Assembly: GCF_006345805.1 (NCBI RefSeq)
Contig: NC_043001.1
Coordinates: forward strand, 134,850,001 to 134,914,000
Source of the DNA: Octopus sinensis
Lineage: Eukaryota
Length of the DNA: 64,000 bases
Direction: 5' to 3'
Position 1 is the first letter of the stretch. Every line of letters starts with the position of its first letter. A model generated the notes under the pieces. It worked only from the letters and a program-made list of their open reading frames with translations. It did no database searches and was not told the origin of the DNA. The position numbers and the translations under genes are program-made. Below are positions 39,301 to 49,548 of the stretch, piece after piece.

Positions 39301-42300
39301 GGTGTTTTCGCTCAATAAACACTCACAACGCCTGGTCTGGGAATCGAAACCGCGATCCTATGACCGCGAGTCCGCTGCCCTAACCACTGGGCCATTGCAC
39401 CTCCACTAGGTTTATCAATATCACTATAATGTTTTGAAAAAAACCATACAGATTAGATGAGAGTTACTAAGGGCAAGGGGGTCTATATAGGATTTCCAAT
39501 TGCAATTAATGACATACTGGTTTGTACAGAGAGGTTACCCCCAAATCTAGGTATTCTCAAGTGGAGGGAGTAATTGAAAAGGAGGTGGGCAAATTGCCTA
39601 TAATTAAAGTTATAAACTTTTAAAACTTGTCCAATACTGTGGAAAAGAAAAGAAGAATTTCATGAATGTAAATTCCATTTTGTTTTCTCACTATTTTTTT
39701 TTTGTAGCAGGGTAGTATTTGTCAGTGCTCCAATCACCTATAGGGCAATATCTTTATTAATGAAAACAAAAGTAAATGATTCATTCATTCATTGTTCGAC
39801 CGTGGTCGAGACAATGGAATTTACCATGCTACGCCAGACTTCACGGTCCATCATGGCATTACGGAGGTCCTGTTGCTGGATGCCTGTATCCCTGGAGATT
39901 ACATCAGGGTAGGAGAGTGTGCGCCCTCTGGTATTGCGAGTAGATGGCTTCCAGAGGAGAAGAGTAGAAATTACTTCTTTTTCAGCTCTACAACAATGTC
40001 CAGCAAACTGGACTCTCCTACCTTTCACAAGTAAATGATACTTGCATAAGAAAGGAACTTACAATGGTTTGAAAAAACAGACCACATTATGGAAGTGGTA
40101 GAAAGTGTTTTAAAGTTGGATTATATATGATTAGTTTGGACAATCAGACACCATGCTATCTCACAGAATAACTATCAAAGATCATGTGACTATCAGGTTA
40201 CATTTGGCTTTTACTGAATGTAACAGCAGGTTTGCATTTTATGGCAATATTAGGGATTGATGAAAGTGGTTCATGCTATATATGATCAATATAAGGTGTG
40301 CTGTGGGCACGTAATAAACACCATCCGATCTTGGCCGTGCCAGCCTCACCTGGCCTCTGTGCCGGTGGCACGTAACAAACACCATCCGAGCGTGGCCGTT
40401 CGCCAGCCTCGTCTGACACCTGTGTCGGTGGCATGTAACAAACACCATCCGAGCGTGGCCGTTCGCCAGCCTCGTCTGACACCTGTGTCGGTGGCACGTA
40501 ACAAACACCATCCGAGCGTGGCCGTTCGCCAGCCTCGTCTGGCACCTGTGTTGGTGGCACGTAACAAACACCATCCGAGCGTGGCCATTCGCCAGCCTCG
40601 TCTGGCACCTGTGTCGGTGGCACATAAAAAACACCATCCGAGCGTGGCCGTTCACCAGCCTCGTCTGGCACCTGTGTCGGTGGCACATAAAAAACACCAT
40701 CCGAGCGTGGCCGTTCGCCAGCCTCGTCTGGCACCTGTGTCGGTGGCACATAAAAAACACCATGACTTGTTACCTCATGCTCTTGCTACCTGCACTCATT
40801 TATCTATTACACATCTTCCACCTCCTCCTATCAATCACACAATGCTGTTAGAATGACTAAGGAAAGCAGTGGTTCTTTTTTCCCATTTGCCACACATTGC
40901 ACTCCCTCACTCTTACTTTTGTTGCTTGTCTTATGTTAGCCATACTTTATATTAATGCCCATATTTTTATTGATCATCTATTGTTTGCCATACATTGCAT
41001 CTCTTCTGTAGACCAGTCAGAATCCGACTACATCTATTTTGATCCTCTTCCTTCATGTTGCTCACTGGTGTAGGACTTACCTATATTCCAATTACCATGC
41101 CACTATCTTCAACACCCAATCCCTCATACCCATTTCATTGCCTATGCCCAAATGGTTATATTGGGCTACTTGTGTCCAGTTCACTGTGTTCAACCCCCTT
41201 CCTATACAGTTTGTCGTTATCCTATGTTAAACCCTTATTACTTTTATCCAATACAACTTGAACCTCTGGGTCTTTAGTCTTGTCAAGGACAGAACATCTC
41301 TGTAGTGCTGGTTGGCACATAAAAAGCACCCAGTATCATCTGTAAAGTTGTTGGTGTTAGGAAGAGCATTCAGCCGTAGCAACTGAGCCAAAATGAAATA
41401 TAAGATGAGATGCCCTCAACTTGTCATCTTGTCATCTCAGTCATACTGCCTTGAATATCTCAAAATACATATCTTCAATCACACATCCCTCTCACTCCTA
41501 TCAGTGATGCTTTTATCACTCTGTAAAGGTGGAGAAGCAAGCAGAGACATGGAGTTATGAGGTCCCTATAGTTGTGTAAAGACACGGTCACTTCTTTAAT
41601 GTTGGTGTATCTAGTACACCCTGTAAAGTGCGAGGTTGTGAGAAGTCTTTAGTCTTGTCAAGGGCATAACATCTCTGTAGTGCTGGTTGGCACATAAAAA
41701 GCACCCAGTATCATCTGTAAAGTTGTTGGTGTTAGGAAGTGCATTCAGCCGTAGCAACTGAGCCAAAATGAAATATAAGATGAGATGCCTTCAACTTGTC
41801 AAGGTGAACAGACACGTGCAACCAATGCCAACATGGATAGAGGAAATAAAACAACGACGATGATGACGATGACAACAATGATGTTGACGATGATATGATG
41901 GTAGTGATGTTTAACACCAACCTGTAATTGCTCTGTATATATATATTTTTTACAACACATTATTCACTAGGCTGGAATGATAAAGGAATTCATTTCTGGT
42001 GAATATTCTCTATCTATTTATATGTTTATATTTACTAATGCAGCCATTTCTGGGAGTGTCAGTCTCTTTGTACCTACTTCTTTCTTCCTATCTATATATA
42101 TCTCACTTTACATTTTATATACCTCTCTATTTCTGTGTACTTTTATGAGTATGTGGTGTATAAGTGTATATGTGCACACACACACATGCTTATCTAATCT
42201 ATGTAACTCTGTTTATAAGCCTATCAAGCTGTCTCTCTTACTATAAATATCTTCATGTCTGTTTCTTTCTCTGTATATCGATCATCCTGTTTTTCTACCA

Positions 42301-45300
42301 ATCTGCAGATATGAATATATCTACATATCATAGACCCCAGTCGAACTGTCCAACCCATGCTAGCATGGAAAACGGACGCCAAATGATGATGATGATGATG
42401 ATGATGATGTTCACATGCACACATACAAACATACATGGATTTCCACATGAGCATACAAATCATCATCATCATCCTCCTCATCTTCATCGTTTAACGTCCG
42501 CTTTCCATGCTAGCATGGGTTGGACGATTTTGACAGGGCTGGCGAACCAGATGGCTGCACCAGGCTTCAATCTTGATCTGACAGAGTTTCTACAGCTGGA
42601 TGCCCTTCTTAACGCCAAATCTACATATATAAGTGTATATATCCATGTATATTCATGCACTTGCACATTCATATACACACATGTGCATATACACATATAC
42701 ATTAACATATTTCTTATTTGTTTCACTCATTAGACTGTGGCCATGCAAGGGCACTGCCTTGAAGGATTTTAGTCTAATGACTAATAAGATACAAGTACTT
42801 ATTTTTTAAGGTCTGGCACTTATTTTATAGGTTTCTTTTGCTGAACTGCTAAGTAATGGAGATGTAAACACATCAACACCAGTTGTCAAGTGGTATTGGG
42901 GGACAAACAGACACAAAGATACACACACAGATATACATATATATATATATATATATATAATGGGCTTCTTTCAACTTCCTTTTACAAAATCCACTCACAA
43001 AGCGCTAGTCGGCCTGAGGCTATTGTAGAAGATGCTTGTCGAAAGTGCCACACAGTGGGACTGAACCTGGAATCACGTGGTTGGGAAGCAAACTTCTTAC
43101 CACACGGCCACACTCTACCTATGTTTATATTAAGAGTCTGTAACTTAAATCTACATTCTTCAAAAAGTTTCACAGATGTAAAATCACATGTTCATTCGGA
43201 TGCTGCCAAGTGGAGAGATAAGATGGTCACAAGTCCTAAAGATGGCTGTTTGTTATTAGATGATGTGTGCAGTTTGTTCTTATTATACACCTGTCTGCGT
43301 GCACACACACACATGTAAATGATATAATTTACTGAATAAACCCCAGTAGTTATTTTACTGTCCTTGAAGGGATAAGAGTTAAAGATAGTGGCAGAGGAAT
43401 TGATCTCAATACTAAATATTGTAAAATCATTTGTTAATCTATCATATCTACTACTTAACCACCTTTATAAAAGAATGCTAATACTAAACCTATACTGTTT
43501 CAAAGTGCATGCAACAATATATTAAGGCATTCAATCAGTGATTCAGTGTTGTTTTTGTCTATTTTAACAGTTTAAACATTCACATGCTTTACTAATATAT
43601 ATGACTAACAAGTGTCAAATAACCTACCATCAAGAATAAACATTGAAAAATGTGGTCCTAGAAAAGATGGTTACAGTTGGGATGCATTTAATTACAGATC
43701 TACACGATCAAGCCTGATCTCTGGGGCTAAATAACAACTACCTAGAGATGTTTTGCGAGGTGTGTTTTAAAGCCAACTATCTGTAAGCAAGTTTAATAAT
43801 GTGTCTATTGACAGCATGCAATAGTTTTTGCACAATTTCAACTAGTATGTAATGGTTTTTGCAGGATTTGAATTTATGCACAATGGTCAGTAAACAAGTA
43901 ATTTAACCACCTGACCATCACATTAGTTTTGTCTTTATTCTGTTACTAAATAAATAGGCTTAGTCTAATAACACTTTAACTTCTTCTATTCTAATGCTGT
44001 GACTATACCTTTGTTGAAATAGGGTTGATTAAGAGAGTTGCTTTTGAAAAATGACAACAAATTAAGTTAAACTGATATAAAATAAAAATGTTTAACTTTG
44101 ATATTCAAATCTTTAAGTGTAAAGAAAATTGAGTGCTCAATATTGTAAGTAAAGGGATATAAATTATTGGAAGCATAGAAAAGTAAACATTGATGAGGAA
44201 ACAGAGTTTGTTTCTTTTAAAAGCAAGATGTGTTTCAAGAGGCATATGGCAAATATTTTTCATGTTTCTTAAATGTATAAATATGCTGATAAAAATGAAT
44301 TTTAAAGCAATTCTCGGTCAGGCTTCTGAGTGGACTGTTATTGCTGGCTTGGACTTAAAACAGAATAGATTAGTATTCAAAAGACAGTTACTGTTTATGG
44401 TGCAATTGCTTGTAGCATTGTAGTTGCAAGCTAGAGAATGGACTGTTGTATCAATAGAAAGATTACTGAAATTAAAATAGTAAATGGAGCTAGCAAAATT
44501 TTTACAAGAGTAAATTACTTTAATTATAATTCTGTTAAGAATTTTATAGCTTCATGGTATCTTTGATTCATTGAGAAAGGAAAAGGTTTTAAGTTAAAGG
44601 AGTTCTTGGCAATGTGGGAACAAATGTTTTGACTGTATATTGGATTATATCATAAGTATTTCTTGTCTTTTTTACACTTGGAAACATTAGAGTGAACCAT
44701 ATATTGTATTTTATCCCTAAAACTACTTTTACAAGGTACCTCATAACAATGAAAAAGATTAATGAATGTGGCCTCATCTAAAGATAATGAAGATGTTTAT
44801 TAACCAGTGATGGGGACTAAATTTATATGAATAATAGAGGAAAGTTTGAATCCTTATATATATATATTTTCTTTTGGTTTCAGTATAGGTAAAATTTATG
44901 CCTTGAAATTTAAAGTAATGTCCAAAAAATAACTATGATAAGATTCTTAAATTTATTTCTCTAAACAACTCCATGAAATAATCATCATCATCATTTAATG
45001 TCTATTGTCCATGCTGAAATGGGTTGGATAGTTTGACCAGGGCTGGTAAGGTGATGGGGTGCATCAGGCACCAGTCTGATTAGGCATGGTTTCTATGATT
45101 GGATACCCTTTTTAACACCAACCACTCCAAGAGTGTAATGGGTGCTTTTATGTGCCACCAGCATGGCTGCTAGTTGTGTGACATCAGTATCTGCCATGAC
45201 CATGATTTCACTTGGCTTGATGGGTCTTCTACTCCAGCACAACATATTGCCAAAGGTTTTGGTCATTTATCATTGCCTCTGTGGGGCCCAACACTCGAAA

Positions 45301-48219
45301 AGTACTTTTTACTGTTGTAGTAGAGCTGCTGTAGTTGGAAAGTCACGTGACACTGACATCGGTCATGACTATGATTTCACTTGACTTGATGGGTCTTCTC
45401 AAGTACAGCATGTTGCCAAATGTCTCAGTCACTAGTTATTGCCTCCATGAGACATAATGTTCAAAGATCATGCTTCACCACCTTGTCCCATGTCTTCCTG
45501 GGCCTACCTCTTCCACAGTTAGAGATCAGCACTTCTTTACACAGCTGTCCTTGTCTATATGTATGACATGACCATACCAGCACAGTTGTCTCTCTTGCAT
45601 ACCACATCTGATGCCTATTATGCCCAACTTTTCTCCCAAGATGCTTACACTCTGTTGTTCGTGCACATTGACATTGCACATCCAGTGAAGCATGCTAGAT
45701 TCAGTTTTTACAAGCCTATGCATATCCTTGGTGGTCACAGCCTATGTTTCACTGCTATGTAGCATAGCTGTTCACACACAAGCATCATTCAGTCTGCTTT
45801 TCACTCTGAAGGAGAAGCCCTTTGTTGCCAACAGAGGTAGGAGCTTTCTGAACTTTGCCTAGCCTATTCTTTTTCTTACAGCTATGCTCTTGGAGCATCC
45901 ACCTCTGCTAATAACTTGGTCACCTAGATAACAGAAGCTGTCAACTACCTCTAGCTTACCTCACTGGCATTTGCTAGACTATTTTCTGTACATTTTTAGT
46001 GTTTATTGTACCTGTGCACCTTCCACACACAAAAACTGTTTTCCCAGTTAACCTTCCACTGATATTGCTACACTTCTTATGTGTCCATAGCTTGCACCAG
46101 GTACTGCTAGGTTAACTCTAAGGTCCTTCAATTCTAGACCTTGTTTCCACACTTGAAATTTCTTCTCTAGTTCTGATAGTGATTCAGCTATAAGAACAAG
46201 ATCATCAGCATAGAGGAGCTCTCAGGGGCAGCTCATCTCAAATTTCTCTGTTATTGCCTGGAGGACTATGATGAACAAGTGGGGGCTAAGGACTGATCCT
46301 TGGTGAACCCCTACTTGTATCCAGAATTCATTGCTTTATTCCTTGCCAACCCTGGCCTTACTGACTGCATCCTTGTACAGCTCTCATCAATCATTCTTCT
46401 ATACCTAATTTCCACATTGACCACCAGATAAAGGAATCAGGGAACCCTGTCAAAAGCATTTTCCATGTCAACAAAATCCAAGTACAGAGGTTTATCTTTG
46501 GCATGGTACTTCTCCTGCAGCCAGAAATATAGCATCAGTGGTGCTTCTTGCAAGACTGCAAGATCATCATCTTTGCATAGTAGAAAATCTTTTATAAAAT
46601 GTTCCAGAATATAAATTCCAATCATTTCACATAATTCAGTTCCATTGTGTTACCCCATAGGAACACCAAACTATTTGCTACCTATTTCTTTTAAACCCAG
46701 GATTATTTATTGAAAAGCAGGAGGCACTTCTTTGCATGCATAATAATCATAATACCAGATTCAATAACTGATGTGATGTTAATGACAAAATTTAAGGTTT
46801 TGTAGAGGAGATTAGTTAAGAATGACAGAATCGATATCAAATTGCTTGTTTTTGCAATGTTGTCTATCCTTATTATTATTAACTTATTTGATTATGGATT
46901 TACTGCTGTTCTTTAATGGGAGAAATAGCATTTCTTCTGTTACAAGTATAATATAATATAGAATGTACTTACAACTGTACCTAATTTAGTTTTGTCAGGG
47001 TTGATTAACCTATGTTTTGCATTGCTGGTCAAATTAGGTATGTCATCTTTAAATGGTGTGTCTGGAACTAAATATTGTACTCTGTCATCTACTCTGTCTT
47101 TGGTGTCAAGGTTTATAGAGTTATGGCTAATGCTATAATCTTTGTAAATGATAGTAATGCTATTGAATAATAGTTTGTACTGTGTATTTTTGTTTGCACC
47201 ATAAAGAATTTAAAAAGATTTAGTTGTGATATTAAATTCTTCATTTATTTTTGAAAACTGTTGTGGATTTTTCTCAAACTTAACCTTTTTTACCAAGTTA
47301 AAAAAGTATGCTTCAAGTGATTCCAGTTATTAACTTGTTGAAGGTCGTTTCCTTGTTCTAAACTTGAACTAGTTAATTGGGTGAGTTCCAGGGTATCTTT
47401 GTCAAAAAATATGCATAATATCTCATTCATATAAAATATCCCGAGTTTTCAATAACACATTTTAGGTAGTAGTTTTTGGATCAATAAAATGACATGAACA
47501 TGTAAGTGTAAACAAGATGAAAAGAGAGTACTCAATTCTGAAAGTAGGTACTAAAATTTACTAGGGGTTAAAAATTCACTAACACTACTTTGAGTTCCTT
47601 GATGCTTATCTTTGAATAATTATGAAAAATAGATTATAGTATTTCATATAGAATTAGCACACACACACACACACCACTGTATTGACCAGAGTATCAGGTG
47701 TTGTTATACATTGCTGGTAACGAATCATTTTTGCATTGTTGCAACTTTTGGATGAGCAGGTCTATATATATATATTGTATTAACCTCCTGAAATGATGGT
47801 TTCATCCAAGGAAATACTGGTTCAATAGCTAGTAATTTTGGGGAATGAATTTCCTTAAAATAATAGATACACATAAAAACATATAGTTTATATTCATTTA
47901 AAAGAAGAAAATGGAGATTAGGAAGTTTATATATATAGGTTTGTTCTCCTATCCATATATATATATATAAAATTTTTTTTCAGAATGAGAAAAAAAAAAA
48001 GCCAAGGCTATAAAGATTTTAGAACATTTATAAATAGAAGGTCTTACAGCTGTTTCCAGGATATTTATTATATCCCTTCATTGGAGACGGTGTAAGAAAA
48101 TGGTCAAGCCATCTCTGACGAAGGGATATAATAAATATTCTGGAAATAACTGTAAGACCTTCTATTTATAAATGTTCTAAAATCTTCACAGCCTTGTTCT
48201 TTTTAATCTCATTTTGAAA

Positions 48220-48251
<32 letters not shown>

Positions 48252-49474
48252 GCATTTGTATATTTGTCAGTAGAGTGGGTGTATTAATCAAAGTGTACAA
48301 TATTATATATATATATCCATTACAGTCAATCTTAGATTAGTTTTGCACTAGGGGTTCAATGGAGTGTTAGGTAATTCTGATTATGTAACACTATTTCATT
48401 CCATAACTGCCATCTCCAAAGAGCACAGGGGTACATAATCAGACTGTTACTTAACACTCTGTTGAACTCCCAGTGCAAAACCAATCAGTAAGATTGGCCA
48501 TAATGTACACTTCAATTAATATATACTCTTTACTATTTTACTCTTTTACTTGTTTCAGTCATTTGACTGCGGCCATGCTGGAGCACCGCCTTTAGTGAAG
48601 CAAATCGACCCCGGGACTTATTCTTTGTAAGCCCAGTACTTATTCTATTGGTCTCTTTTGCCGAACTGCTAAGTGACGGGGACGTAAACACACCAGCATC
48701 GGTTGTCAAGCAATGCTAGGGGAACAAACACAGACACACAAACACACACACACATATACGACAGGCTTCTTTCAGTTTCCGTCTACCAAATCCACTCACA
48801 AGGCATTGGTCGGCCCGAGGCTATAGCAGAAGACACTTGCCCAAGGTGCCACGCAATGGGACTGAACCCGGAACCATGTAGTTGGTTAGCAAGCTACTTA
48901 CCACACAGCCACTCCTGCGCCTATGTGTGTGTGTGTGTAAATATAAAAACACATACACGTGTATATTCGGATTTATTAATTTGTGGTAAATCCATGTTGA
49001 CATTGACCTTTGTCCTAATGTTTGTTTCACTTTAAATGCATTTCCAAGATTTATTTATTAGAGTTTATTTTTCTGCTCTACAAGAAATTTCAGTTTTTGT
49101 CTTGAGTTTTTTTTTCTCTTGGTGCTCCAGTTGCTATTCATTGATTTTCATTATCAAGAAATATAAACAAACTTTCAAATGTGACTGTCATTAATTTTGT
49201 ACAAGATTTTCATTGTTTAATTGGACTAACAACAGTGATTGTTCATTTAAGCAATATTTTCATTAGAGAATTATAGAAAAGTTGATTAACAGTTCTGAAA
49301 GAATTACATTAGTATGCTATATAGAATTTAAAAAGCAAATATTTGAACTGTTATGTGAAAAGAACAAGACAAATTAAAAAAAAACAAAACAATTGTTATA
49401 TCATAGAAGTTTAGATTTGTTAGAATTACCTGTAGATAACAAAACATCCAGAAAATAGCTGTTTGCATCTTATA

Positions 49475-49510
<36 letters not shown>

Positions 49511-49516
49511 TGTATG

Positions 49517-49548
<32 letters not shown>

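Noticed and set aside
40239-40856. 157-199 aa repetitive ORFs, or a CRISPR-like array
   Set aside because: Head-to-tail 63-bp tandem repeat with no unique spacers; the ORFs arise because 63 is a multiple of 3; eukaryotic context.
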